DNA of 64,000 nt from a virus (taxonomy: Duplodnaviria; Caudoviricetes). The DNA lies in the IMG/VR virus record IMGVR_UViG_3300032269_000703, positions 29,036 to 93,035 of that record, one strand, 5' to 3'. Below, piece by piece: positions 36,713-46,842 of the stretch (the stretch's first letter is position 1; every line of letters starts with the position of its first letter). Both the position numbers and the translations under genes were made by a program. The notes under the pieces are model-generated. The model was not told the origin of the DNA. It saw only the letters and a program-made list of their open reading frames with translations, and ran no database searches.

Positions 36713-37348
36713 TTGCCAACAATTATTAACAACCGTTCTACATTAGAAACAGATCCAATCAGAAACTTTAGGTTTTTGGTTACATTTAAACCTTTAGTTA
36801 CAGGTGATGCTACTTGGTTGCCAGGAGGCACACCAAAAGTAACTGTAGGATTTACTTCAGTATCAGGTCTGTCCGTAACCACTGACAGCATTCCTTACCG
36901 TGAAGGTGGGTACAATACTACTGTTCACCAAATTCCTGGTCAAAGTTCTTTTAGCCCACTAACGCTTCAGCGTGGTGTAGTTTTAGGGACTAGACAGCAT
37001 TGGGATTGGATGAGGCAGCTATTTGCTACTGTTCAAGGTGGATCAGGAAAGTCAGGTCAAGCAACTAATTTCCGTTGTGACATTGAAATTGCTGTACTAT
37101 CACACCCTATTGCAGGTTCTGGTGGCGGTAACTCAACATCTACTACTGGTAGCAGTACTAGTTATGATGACCACATTGCTATGAGATTCCAAGTGTACAA
37201 TGCTTGGCCAACCTCAGTTGCTTACTCAGATCTAAATGCTGGTGACAACGCTATTCTTGTAGAACAGATTAGCCTTGTACATGAAGGTTTTGATGTGAAC
37301 TGGGCAACAGATCTAAAAACTAAAGCCCCTATTTTTGACGCAAAATAA
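36713..37348 (+). CDS. Tail tube protein (T4 gp19-like)
   Basis: DPIRNFRF, GFTSVSGL, YREGG, LTLQRG, NAWP, VEQISLVHEG; TTG start with AAGGAG. Confidence 0.92.
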   Translation: MPTIINNRSTLETDPIRNFRFLVTFKPLVTGDATWLPGGTPKVTVGFTSVSGLSVTTDSIPYREGGYNTTVHQIPGQSSFSPLTLQRGVVLGTRQHWDWMRQLFATVQGGSGKSGQATNFRCDIEIAVLSHPIAGSGGGNSTSTTGSSTSYDDHIAMRFQVYNAWPTSVAYSDLNAGDNAILVEQISLVHEGFDVNWATDLKTKAPIFDAK

Positions 37349-37386
37349 TTAACAATAACCCATAAACAATAAAAGGAATATGAATA

Positions 37387-38205
37387 GTGACTGAATCAAA
37401 AACAATACATGCAGGAGAAAACCCTGATCTAGCTAATTCGCTTGTTGACCAAGCACTAGCAGTAAATGAAACTCCTGTAGAACCGGCAAAAGTAGTTCCG
37501 CCTTTTAATAATGTTGTAGTTCTTCCATCTGGTTATATTGGATCAGATGGAAAACTACACACATTAGTTGAAGTGCGAGAGTTAAATGGAATAGACGAAG
37601 AGGCGCTTTCTAAACTAGACACTCTGATTAAGATGTGGTCTGGGGTATTAAGTCGTGGAGTTGTAAAAATTGGAGATGAAGCTGTTACTGAGCAGATGTT
37701 AGATAACCTACTCATTGGTGATAGAGAAGCAATTGTTTTAGGTGTTTACAAAGCTACTTTTGGTAGTACAGCAAATTTAGACGCTTACTGTAAAGGGTGT
37801 AAAGAGTTTAAAACTGTTCTTTATGATCTAGATCAAGATTTAAAAACTAAAGTTCTTGTAGATCCCCGTGCTGATCGTACATTTGAGGTGTATGGTCGTA
37901 AAAACAAATACCTTGTAACTTTGCCTACAGGGTCTGCACAAAAAGAAATGGGAGCAGATCCTAATAGAACTGATGCAGAATTAAAAACACTTCTTTTAGA
38001 AAGCTGTGTTTTAGAAATAAATGATCAACCAGTAGTTAGTAAACTCCAAGTAAAAGCTATGGGGATTGCTGATAGAACTACTGTAGTTGATGAAATTGCT
38101 AAACGTACTCCTGGACCACAACTTGATAACTTTGAAATAGACTGCCCTAATTGTGGTGGGAAGGTGGTAGTTCCGATTACTCTCGGAGCTATCTTTCGAC
38201 TTTAA
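37387..38205 (+). CDS. Tail assembly chaperone / T4 gp26-like baseplate assembly protein
   Basis: LPSG, VRELNG.DEE, LLIGDR, CxxC pairs; between tube and tape measure. Confidence 0.75.
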   Translation: MTESKTIHAGENPDLANSLVDQALAVNETPVEPAKVVPPFNNVVVLPSGYIGSDGKLHTLVEVRELNGIDEEALSKLDTLIKMWSGVLSRGVVKIGDEAVTEQMLDNLLIGDREAIVLGVYKATFGSTANLDAYCKGCKEFKTVLYDLDQDLKTKVLVDPRADRTFEVYGRKNKYLVTLPTGSAQKEMGADPNRTDAELKTLLLESCVLEINDQPVVSKLQVKAMGIADRTTVVDEIAKRTPGPQLDNFEIDCPNCGGKVVVPITLGAIFRL

Positions 38206-38230
38206 AAAAGTATTTAATTATTTAGCGTTA

Positions 38231-38368
38231 ATGAACCAATGGAAAACATTGGTGGATGCATTCCAAGGATGGTCTTTAAGTGAAGTTAAATCCTTATCTC
38301 CTAGAGAAAGATTTAACTGGCTTGAAATTGGAAGAGAATACGGAAAGGTAGTGAAGAATGTCCAATGA
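38231..38368 (+). CDS. Chaperone C-terminal extension ORF (possibly reached by +1 frameshift)
   Basis: GWSLSEVKSLSPRERFNWL resembles gpT/gpE'-type extensions; no SD; frame open back across the upstream stop. Confidence 0.65.
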   Translation: MNQWKTLVDAFQGWSLSEVKSLSPRERFNWLEIGREYGKVVKNVQ

Positions 38369-40619
38369 ACCTGGATTAGGTGAAAGTTTAAAAGGTGCAG
38401 TTAGCTCTACTGATAAACTGCTCTCAAATTTTAAGCAGTTAGATAAACTAGTCGGCTCTTTAGGTAAAAAACTTAACTCTCTTGGAAAAGCAGCTTCTGG
38501 TACGGGTAATACTGGGGCTGCAGGTGGGTTTAACCTTGGTGGAAACGACGCCAGTTTCAGTAATTTAGCTAGTGCTGTGGGAGACAATTTTGGTGGCATG
38601 GGTGGTAAAATAGGAACCTTTGGTTTAGTTATGCAGGGGATTGGCAAAGGTCTTAAAGTAGCCGGTGGTATTAGCAATATGATGCCGGACGTTAATGCAA
38701 CAATGAACCGCATGTCTCAGGGTTATAATGCTGCTGTAATGAATGGATTCAGCGGAGCTAACAATGAGGCTCGTGCTGGATTACAGCGCGGAACTCTTGC
38801 TATGATGGGCAATGGACTTACATCTGCTGGCTCAGATATGCAAGTTGCAAATATTATGGCTGCAAGTGGTATCTCTTATAACGCAGATCCTAACAGTACT
38901 TATGCAACAAATGTTCGTACAACCGCTAATGTTTCAAAGTATTTAAATATTGATAACGCTACTGCAGCACAATCAATGGCAAATCTTACAAGTGGCGCAA
39001 CCTCTTCTAATTTAATGCGCAACTTTGGTATCTCTACTTATAACGCAAGAACAGGCAAAGAACGTTCATTTGGAGAAATTGCTGGTGAATTTGAAAGTAT
39101 GATTTCCAAAGGAGGCAAGTTTACTGCTGAACAAGTCATGTCCTCATATCATCAAGGTGGTTTAGGAGTAAGCTTGGCTGGCTCAGGGTTGGATGATACT
39201 CAGCAACAAATGATTTTGCAAGATTTAATGAGTAAAGCCAATACTGGTAAGGGCATTGACTTTGGTAATACAGAAGAAATGGATAAGTTAGCTAAAGATA
39301 ACCCTATGCTTTCTCAATATAGACTTGCTTCTTCTGATACTAAACAAATGCAAAAAGCCGAAGGCTCTTATAAAACAGGTGTTGATGCGGCAGTAGATGG
39401 TCTTACAACTCTTAATGATATGGCTGGAGATCTTGCTGCTTCATTTGGCTTTTTAAAATCAAGTATTGATACGTTTACTGGGCATCGAGCCGGTTCTGGA
39501 TTTATACAAGCAGTTTCAGCTCTATTTGGCGGTGGCAGTCAAACTATGGGCACTGCTTTTGCATCAGGTGGTATGGGAGGAATGGGCAGTTTAAATGGGA
39601 ATTACACCAGTAGTTCACGGGGTGGTGGCGACACTTCTACTGTTGTTGCTGGCGATGCTGGAGCTGGTGGTGGTAGTGGAGGATCAGGAGCTAGCTCTGT
39701 TTCAACAGGTGGCAGCAGTGCTACAAATGGAAAAAAACAAGTTTCTAATAAACGATTTACCTGTATCAAACCTGTTAAAGGTGGAAGAGTTATTACAGAG
39801 TACGGTGTCAAAGGTGACCGTTGGAATGGTGGAGTTCACAAAGCATTGGACTGGGATGTTGGTGAAGGAACTCAAGTAGTTGCAGCACATGATGGAATTG
39901 TTCATACTTTTCCTAACCATTCAGGTTCTGAAGTAGGTAACTACATTAGACTTTGGTATACAGGAAATGGTCAAGATAGAACTTTTTCTACGGGGTATGC
40001 CCATTTAAGTTCCTTTGATGTTGCTGATGGAACAAGTGTAAAGCAAGGTGACCCTATTGGCAAGAGTGGTAGAACTGGAACTAACTGTGATGGTCCACAC
40101 CTTCACTTTGAAGTTTGGCGCAATGGTCAACGTGTAAATCCTCATGATTATATAAATGGAGAAGCTTCAGGAAACACTACTTCTTCATCAAATGATTCTG
40201 GTGGAAGCACAGGAGGAGATGCTGGATCAGATAGCTCAGTTCAACCTAGACCTATTGCTCTAACTGCTTCAAATGCAGTTAGTTCTTCAAATGGAGTTGT
40301 TTCAGGCAGTACAGGTGCTGATTACTATAGTTCAGGAGGTACTGGTGGCGGTGGAACATCTTCTAGTATTGGTGTAGACTCTCTTTCAGGAGGAGCATAC
40401 GCTTCTAGTCGTTCCGCAACAAACTATTTAACTGTGGGTGGTTCATCTGGTCAATCTCATCCTTTATTAGGTGGGGCACAAACTGGGTCATCAAAACCAA
40501 ATGTAGTAATAAACTTAACTATTGGAAAAGCAACAGATGCTGAGGCTAAGTTTTTTGCAGGAAAAGTTAAGGCATATCTTGAAGAAGAAACGCTACTTTC
40601 AAATATGGGTAGGGTATAA
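38358..40619 (+). CDS. Tape measure protein with M23 peptidase domain
   Basis: Ala/Gly helical N-half; HKALD, YAHL, GPHLHFEV. Confidence 0.85.
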   Translation: MSNEPGLGESLKGAVSSTDKLLSNFKQLDKLVGSLGKKLNSLGKAASGTGNTGAAGGFNLGGNDASFSNLASAVGDNFGGMGGKIGTFGLVMQGIGKGLKVAGGISNMMPDVNATMNRMSQGYNAAVMNGFSGANNEARAGLQRGTLAMMGNGLTSAGSDMQVANIMAASGISYNADPNSTYATNVRTTANVSKYLNIDNATAAQSMANLTSGATSSNLMRNFGISTYNARTGKERSFGEIAGEFESMISKGGKFTAEQVMSSYHQGGLGVSLAGSGLDDTQQQMILQDLMSKANTGKGIDFGNTEEMDKLAKDNPMLSQYRLASSDTKQMQKAEGSYKTGVDAAVDGLTTLNDMAGDLAASFGFLKSSIDTFTGHRAGSGFIQAVSALFGGGSQTMGTAFASGGMGGMGSLNGNYTSSSRGGGDTSTVVAGDAGAGGGSGGSGASSVSTGGSSATNGKKQVSNKRFTCIKPVKGGRVITEYGVKGDRWNGGVHKALDWDVGEGTQVVAAHDGIVHTFPNHSGSEVGNYIRLWYTGNGQDRTFSTGYAHLSSFDVADGTSVKQGDPIGKSGRTGTNCDGPHLHFEVWRNGQRVNPHDYINGEASGNTTSSSNDSGGSTGGDAGSDSSVQPRPIALTASNAVSSSNGVVSGSTGADYYSSGGTGGGGTSSSIGVDSLSGGAYASSRSATNYLTVGGSSGQSHPLLGGAQTGSSKPNVVINLTIGKATDAEAKFFAGKVKAYLEEETLLSNMGRV

Positions 40620-42097
40620 TGGTTGACAACAGCGTAATTACCGCCGAAGATGTATTTGAAGCTCAAGAAAATGTAATTCAATTAGAAGCTGAGATTGCTA
40701 CTCTAGTTGCAGGAAATAAAACAGATGCTGCGGTACTAACAAAATATAAATCTCTTTTTAGCCTCTATGTTGATGCAAGATGGGATCTTGTTTTAATAGA
40801 TTGGAAAACCAACATAACAAGTAGAAATCAAAATACTGTACCTCATCCTGTAAGAAAAGACTTTGTTAAAACTTCAAAAGAGTTTAAAGATTATTGTGGA
40901 TTTGTAAACAGTAACATAGGGCAAACACCCACAACTGTATATGTACAAAAATGGTTACCAAAATATGGATCTGGATTAAATCCTGCAAATTCACAAACTA
41001 TGGGGACATCTCCATATAATAGAGCAACTGGGGATAAAGTAAACTTTCCTATAACAGATTTAAGAGAGCCTGGTTTTGAACTAAGTTGGCTGGCTCAGCA
41101 AAGAATTCTCAATAGAAATAAAACATTATCAGGTAAAAGAAGGCTGCTGGCACAAAACAATGCTATTATTAATGATCCAAAAGCGCCAAAGATTAATCTT
41201 GTTCAAAACTCTGATGGAACACTGAACACAAATGCAGTTGCTAACTTTAAATATAATGTAGGAAGTGTTAAAGAATCTTACTTATCAACTAAGTCAAACT
41301 TTTTAAAAGAATTAACTGCTTATAGTAACAGTAATGCACCTAGTGCAGTAACTAATGCTTCTCAATTATGGATAAATGGAACTTCAAATAAAGGCATGAT
41401 TCAACCTTGGTTAGAAAAAACGTACCAAGAAGCAATTGCTGCGAAGGGGGATTCAGGAGATCTTCCAGGTGGCAATATATCGCTTACACAGCTTATGAAT
41501 AATGTTTACGCTTTTCAATTTTTATACAATCCAGCGTCTATAGATATGGTTTATCAAGGTCAACTTGGAGCAAGCATAGATTATCTAGCAAGCGGTAATG
41601 ACCCGTTTAATGCGCTAGGTGGGCAGAATGTTAACTCTACTATAAGTTTTAACATTCTTATTAATAGAATGCATGATTTTAAATATTATGATAAGGATAC
41701 TGGTAAAATTGCTAAAGAATATAAAAATTCAAATCTGTATTCTCCAAGACAACCTGAAGAAGATGAACAACTAGAAATATATAGAAAAGGAACAATGTAT
41801 GATTTAGAGTTTTTATTTAGGGCTGTTTTAAAACACGGAATGCCCTCTTATTTTCATGAAAGAAACTCAAGTGATGGTATAACTGCAGACGTAGGATTTA
41901 TTATGAGCGGTCCAGTAGAACTTCATTTAGGAACTAGTTTAAGGTATATGGGAACTGTTAATCAGATTAACGTTTCTCATGTACTATTTGATGAAAGAAT
42001 GGTTCCTATATTTACAAATGTTACATTTGCCTTTGGAAGGTACATTGATTCAGCTAAACTTACCATGGATAGTAAAGTAAATCCTAATGGGCGTTAA
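40619..42097 (+). CDS. Baseplate/tube-initiator-like protein
   Basis: FQFLYNPASI, GTMYDLEFL, HVLFDERMVP; after tape measure. Confidence 0.6.
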   Translation: MVDNSVITAEDVFEAQENVIQLEAEIATLVAGNKTDAAVLTKYKSLFSLYVDARWDLVLIDWKTNITSRNQNTVPHPVRKDFVKTSKEFKDYCGFVNSNIGQTPTTVYVQKWLPKYGSGLNPANSQTMGTSPYNRATGDKVNFPITDLREPGFELSWLAQQRILNRNKTLSGKRRLLAQNNAIINDPKAPKINLVQNSDGTLNTNAVANFKYNVGSVKESYLSTKSNFLKELTAYSNSNAPSAVTNASQLWINGTSNKGMIQPWLEKTYQEAIAAKGDSGDLPGGNISLTQLMNNVYAFQFLYNPASIDMVYQGQLGASIDYLASGNDPFNALGGQNVNSTISFNILINRMHDFKYYDKDTGKIAKEYKNSNLYSPRQPEEDEQLEIYRKGTMYDLEFLFRAVLKHGMPSYFHERNSSDGITADVGFIMSGPVELHLGTSLRYMGTVNQINVSHVLFDERMVPIFTNVTFAFGRYIDSAKLTMDSKVNPNGR

Positions 42098-42118
42098 TAT
42101 AAAAAGGAAAAGTAGTAA

Positions 42119-42394
42119 ATGATTTATACAGATAGTAGATATGCAACTGGTCTTATTTCTTACGGAAATGATTCTAGATTAAACCAGTCTAACATTTCTG
42201 TTTATAGGAAGTTTCCTTCTGCAAGTCACTCCTTCTTTGCGTATGTATGGACTGATTATGACCGTGCTGATCTAGTTGCTTATAAACTTCTTGGGTCTTC
42301 TACCCTATGGTGGAAAATTATGGATATAAATCCTGAAATTCTAAATCCACAAAGCATTGCTCCTGGAACAATAATTAGGGTGCCTAATGCGTAG
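42119..42394 (+). CDS. LysM-like baseplate protein (P2 gpX-like)
   Basis: DRADLVAYKLLG...WWKIMDINP...PGTIIRVP. Confidence 0.85.
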   Translation: MIYTDSRYATGLISYGNDSRLNQSNISVYRKFPSASHSFFAYVWTDYDRADLVAYKLLGSSTLWWKIMDINPEILNPQSIAPGTIIRVPNA

Positions 42395-43661
42395 CCCTAC
42401 TCCTTTAAAGCTTAACAAAAGCGCACGTTATTATGTTGAGTTCCCTACTATTCCTTCTATAAAAAAAATTCCAAAAGATGTTAAATTAATACAAAAACAA
42501 AACAATCATGATATTTTAATTCTTAAATTTTTTAGTTCAAATTCTTTTTGGTTTGAAAATTTAAAAACAGGTGTTCCTGTAAAATTTTCTTATTCTCAAG
42601 GTCACCTATCAAAAGTTTGGTATGGGTATGTTTCGTTTGTTTCTAACGTACCTACTACGCCAAAAATAAGACCTATAGAAGTTTACTGCATAGGAAGTTC
42701 TTTTGTACTAAAAGAAGGAACAGTAAGAATTTTTACAAATGTAACTATTACAGATGTAGTGTCTCAGTTAGCTAAGGAATTTGGGCTGAACTTTATTGGT
42801 GAATCGCACTCACGAAAATTTGATCAGTTAATAATAGCCGGGCATTCTTATTGGGAATGGATAAACGAACATGCCAATAAAATTGGGTATGGGGTATACG
42901 TAGAAGGTACTAACTTAATTTTTAGACCTATAGATAGTTTAATAAACCAGCTAGTTTCAGAAGCTCCTATTTTAAATTGGTCAAACCCAACTATTTCAGG
43001 TTTTACAGATGATCCAAGTAAAACATTAGATTATTTTAAAGTACTAAATGGCGAACTTATTGAGGGATCTACAAACTACCGATCTATTAAACACATGGGT
43101 GGAGTAGACCCTATAACAGGGTCTACTACAGGCTTTGATAGTAACCCTAAAGATCTAGGTGAAAAATTACGGTCTAATGTTAGCGATGTTTATTTTTCAG
43201 AATTTAGAAGTGATCAGGTAGTTCATAATGATTTAGATTCTAAAACGGCAGCTGAGGGAGCGGCTCACTTAGCAAGGTTTAACTTACCTGCACATGCAAC
43301 TGCAAAAGGTGATCCAAGGCTTAAACCTTATAGTATTGTATACATTGAAAATACAGGCAAATTAACAGATGGGTATTGGGTTGTAAAAGAAATAACCCAT
43401 GAGTTTAGTCTTACTGGATTTTACAAAGTAAAGCTAAGTCTTTTAACAGACGGTACTGGGACCAATCAAGAGTACTCTTTTAGACAGGCAAAACCTACAG
43501 TTACTGGTATTGTTAATTCAGGACATGTTTTAGAGATTGATGCGCAAATATTACAAACAGAGACTACTAAATTACAACAGTCGGAACTTATTATAAGCGA
43601 AGCTAATCAGGGATTTAATAGAACCCCTGCTAGGTGGACGACTACACTTGGAGGAAATTAG
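42387..43661 (+). CDS. Baseplate hub (gpD/gp27-like)
   Basis: SYWEWI..ANKIGY, GDPRLKP, DGYWVVKEITH. Confidence 0.8.
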   Translation: MRSPTPLKLNKSARYYVEFPTIPSIKKIPKDVKLIQKQNNHDILILKFFSSNSFWFENLKTGVPVKFSYSQGHLSKVWYGYVSFVSNVPTTPKIRPIEVYCIGSSFVLKEGTVRIFTNVTITDVVSQLAKEFGLNFIGESHSRKFDQLIIAGHSYWEWINEHANKIGYGVYVEGTNLIFRPIDSLINQLVSEAPILNWSNPTISGFTDDPSKTLDYFKVLNGELIEGSTNYRSIKHMGGVDPITGSTTGFDSNPKDLGEKLRSNVSDVYFSEFRSDQVVHNDLDSKTAAEGAAHLARFNLPAHATAKGDPRLKPYSIVYIENTGKLTDGYWVVKEITHEFSLTGFYKVKLSLLTDGTGTNQEYSFRQAKPTVTGIVNSGHVLEIDAQILQTETTKLQQSELIISEANQGFNRTPARWTTTLGGN

Positions 43662-43662
43662 C

Positions 43663-44082
43663 ATGATTTTACCAGTTACTTTTACTGAAACTAGCTTATC
43701 TTTTCCATTTAAAGTTTCTGCAAATGGAACAATAGCCACCACTGCTGACCACAAAAATATTTGGGCAAATAAAGTGCGTTCAGTGCTTAGTACTTCTTTT
43801 CAAGAAAGAGTCATGTTTCCACAATTTGGTAATGAATTAACTGAGGTTTTTTGGAATACTGAGACATTTGCAAAAAGCAGTGTAAATGCATACGTAGCAA
43901 GAGCGTTCTCTAATTGGTTACCTACTTTACGTTTAAATGAGGTAATTGTTTCTGACATAGACACCACAGGACAGCTTACAATTTCAATTTCTTATTTTCT
44001 ACCAAATGATGAACAAGTTGAGACCTCTATAGGATTTGTAAAAATTTCAGGAAACCTACCAATTATTCAGGAGACAGCATGA
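43663..44082 (+). CDS. Baseplate wedge protein (gp25/gpW-like)
   Basis: LSFPF, ERVMFPQFG, WLP. Confidence 0.85.
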   Translation: MILPVTFTETSLSFPFKVSANGTIATTADHKNIWANKVRSVLSTSFQERVMFPQFGNELTEVFWNTETFAKSSVNAYVARAFSNWLPTLRLNEVIVSDIDTTGQLTISISYFLPNDEQVETSIGFVKISGNLPIIQETA

Positions 44083-46262
44083 CAGAGGCATCTAGTAATC
44101 TACCAATTGCTATTGATTACACTAGTAGAGATTTTTACGCTTTACGTACAGACCTTATAGCTAGAGTAAAAGCAAACCTTCCTTCTTGGTCGGGCAATGA
44201 CCCAGCTGACATTGGAGTTGCTATTATTGAAGCTGTTGCATACATGGGAGATATTGCAAACTATTATATAGATAGAGTTGCTAATGAATCTTTTTTACAA
44301 ACCGCTACCCAACGATCAACCTTACTAGGATATGCTAAGAGTAAAGGGTATTCTGTTTCAGGCTATAAAGCCGCTACAACTACTTTGGTTTTTGGAAATT
44401 CAAAAACAAGCAGCCTAACTCTTCCAGCACAAACAGTAGTCTATGTAGATCTTTCCGTAAATGGAGGAATAAAGAGAGTAAAATTTACTACAGATGAAGC
44501 AGTGACTATTCCTGCAAGCACTGCTCTTGGAGATGCAACTGCTGGGTATAGTACTTATTCAGTTGCTGCAACAGAAGGAATGCCGATTGGTAATGCAGGT
44601 GCTGGGTTAACTTTAGCTGAAACAGTAGATGGCATTTCTTATTACCCTATACTAGTGTCTGCTACATCAGGACAACTTGATCAAACCTATAAACTGGCTG
44701 ACAATAATGTAATTGACTCTTCTTTACGTGTGTATATAAAATCAGGGTCAACTTATGTAAAATGGACTAAAGTATCAGATTTAACGCTGTATGGAAAATC
44801 AGATAAAGTCTACACAACATTTATTGATGAAAACAACTATATTAATATCTTTTTTGGCGATGGTGTATCTGGATTAATTCCTTCATCGTCTAGTACTTTA
44901 TGGGCGGCTTATAGTGTTGGAGACGGTATTTATGGAAATATGGCAGCAGGAACAATTCTTTCTACAGGTAGCCCTATTCAATACATTCCTAGTGGAACTG
45001 TTTCTGACTACACCCCTTACATAAGTTTAACTAATTCATTTGATTCTTTAGGCGGAGCTGATCCTGAAAGCAATGATTCTATTAGATACGCTGCTTCGGC
45101 TGTTGCTAAGACTTCTTTAAGAGCAGTTACTTTACAGGACTATGAAAGCATTGCACTAAGAACTTCAAATATTGGTAAAGTAAAAGCGTACTCTTCATCT
45201 TCATATTCTTCTGTGACACTTTATGTAGCTCCTAGAAGGCTCTCTACTTTACCTAGTGACTACTCTTTTGTAGGATCTGATATATACCCTGGGTATGATC
45301 TTTTAAATGCATCAATAACAAATGAGATGACTGCTCTTAAATCTGATGTAGAAAAGTCATTAGTTGGATTTACTCAAATAGGTGTTACTACAACTGTAAC
45401 TGAAGTGTATTATACTCCCGTAAATTTAGCCTATTCGTATATTTTAGTAGATGGATATACAGAGTCTGAAGTTTCAACTAGAATTAAAACCCAATTACTA
45501 GAAACTTATTCTTATAATAATTCTAAAATATCAGACTCTATATATTATGATGCTATTGTAAAAACAATCGTTTCTGTAGAAGGCGTTGCTTCTGCTAGCG
45601 TTACTATTCTTGATAGAGCAGGAAACACTAGACTACTTAATTTAACTGGGTATCCTGGAGAAATATTTGTGTTTACTTCTAATAAAATTTCAGGAACAGT
45701 GGCTACTAGCTTTAGTCAGAGTGTTCTTGAAGGACTATGGCTCTTATACCACACTACTAATATAACTTCTACTAGCTACAGTTTTGCTTCTGGTTCAGGT
45801 GGCGTAACTACACTTACAACTGCTACTAATCATGGTTTATCCACAGGTCAAATTGTTAGGCTTACTGGATTTGGAAACAATGCGTACAATGCTACCTGGA
45901 CGGTTGCTTCAGGTTCTGCCACAACGACATTAAAGCTAACTACTACTGTTGATCTTGGAGCAACTGGCACGTTAACTGCTGCTGCTGTTCGTCAGGTAGC
46001 CACAGCAACTCCTGTTACTGAGCCTTTTGATTCTGCAGTACGCAGTTATCTATTTGCCACCAGTGGAGCCTATAGCGTTCTAGCACTACCTGTTTGTAAT
46101 GATGGTGTAAGTACCATTACATTTGCTGGTGGAACTGTTGCAACAGGTACGCTATCTGCTCTTAAATCTGTTAATGTTGGTTATAACTATTTCTCATTAG
46201 TAGTTACAAATACTAATAGCAATATTAGAACAAACTACGACATAGTTGTAATAAGGTCGTAG
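44079..46262 (+). CDS. Baseplate J / T4 gp6-like wedge protein
   Basis: IDYTSRDF, NESFLQTA, FGDGVSG, GGADPES, RAVTLQDY. Confidence 0.9.
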   Translation: MTEASSNLPIAIDYTSRDFYALRTDLIARVKANLPSWSGNDPADIGVAIIEAVAYMGDIANYYIDRVANESFLQTATQRSTLLGYAKSKGYSVSGYKAATTTLVFGNSKTSSLTLPAQTVVYVDLSVNGGIKRVKFTTDEAVTIPASTALGDATAGYSTYSVAATEGMPIGNAGAGLTLAETVDGISYYPILVSATSGQLDQTYKLADNNVIDSSLRVYIKSGSTYVKWTKVSDLTLYGKSDKVYTTFIDENNYINIFFGDGVSGLIPSSSSTLWAAYSVGDGIYGNMAAGTILSTGSPIQYIPSGTVSDYTPYISLTNSFDSLGGADPESNDSIRYAASAVAKTSLRAVTLQDYESIALRTSNIGKVKAYSSSSYSSVTLYVAPRRLSTLPSDYSFVGSDIYPGYDLLNASITNEMTALKSDVEKSLVGFTQIGVTTTVTEVYYTPVNLAYSYILVDGYTESEVSTRIKTQLLETYSYNNSKISDSIYYDAIVKTIVSVEGVASASVTILDRAGNTRLLNLTGYPGEIFVFTSNKISGTVATSFSQSVLEGLWLLYHTTNITSTSYSFASGSGGVTTLTTATNHGLSTGQIVRLTGFGNNAYNATWTVASGSATTTLKLTTTVDLGATGTLTAAAVRQVATATPVTEPFDSAVRSYLFATSGAYSVLALPVCNDGVSTITFAGGTVATGTLSALKSVNVGYNYFSLVVTNTNSNIRTNYDIVVIRS

Positions 46263-46265
46263 TAA

Positions 46266-46793
46266 ATGATCCATGATGATTATGGTAATCGTAGGTTTTA
46301 CGGCATATACAGGGGCACTGTTGTAGACAATAATGATCCTTTAAATCAAGTAAGATTGAAAGTAAAAGTTCCACAAATCTTGTTTGATCAAGTAACCGAT
46401 TGGGCATGGTCGGTTCAGCAACCTGGTGTAGCCAGAACCATTCCTCAAATTGGCGATGGGGTATGGGTTTCTTTTGAAGGAGGAGATCCCTCGTATCCTG
46501 TTTGGACCGGCTCATTTAAGGCTGCTCCTTATAACATGCAAGCAGGAACTACAACGGGTGGATCGGTAACAGTTACTTTTGATATACCATTTTCTTCTGG
46601 CACTACTCCTATAGTCACTGCTTCAGTACTTTCTACTAATGATAAACCAGAAATATTTGTATTAAATAGCGTTACTAATACTGGGTTTACTGGACAAGTT
46701 TGGTCATCAAGCGGAACAGTTTCTCCTTATAATAACTTTGTTACAGCTGTAGCAAGAACTGTGCATTGGGTAGCTATTCAATTAACCCCATAA
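46266..46793 (+). CDS. Baseplate spike gp5/gpV OB-fold protein with C-terminal lectin-like domain
   Basis: YGIYRGTVVDNNDP..RLKVKVP, P.IGDGVWVSFEGGDPSYPVW; VTFDIPF..P.VTAS..WVAI. Confidence 0.85.
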   Translation: MIHDDYGNRRFYGIYRGTVVDNNDPLNQVRLKVKVPQILFDQVTDWAWSVQQPGVARTIPQIGDGVWVSFEGGDPSYPVWTGSFKAAPYNMQAGTTTGGSVTVTFDIPFSSGTTPIVTASVLSTNDKPEIFVLNSVTNTGFTGQVWSSSGTVSPYNNFVTAVARTVHWVAIQLTP

Positions 46794-46842
46794 TTATTTA
46801 AAAATTTAACTGTACCTTTTCTATACCCTTTAAGGACTAACA

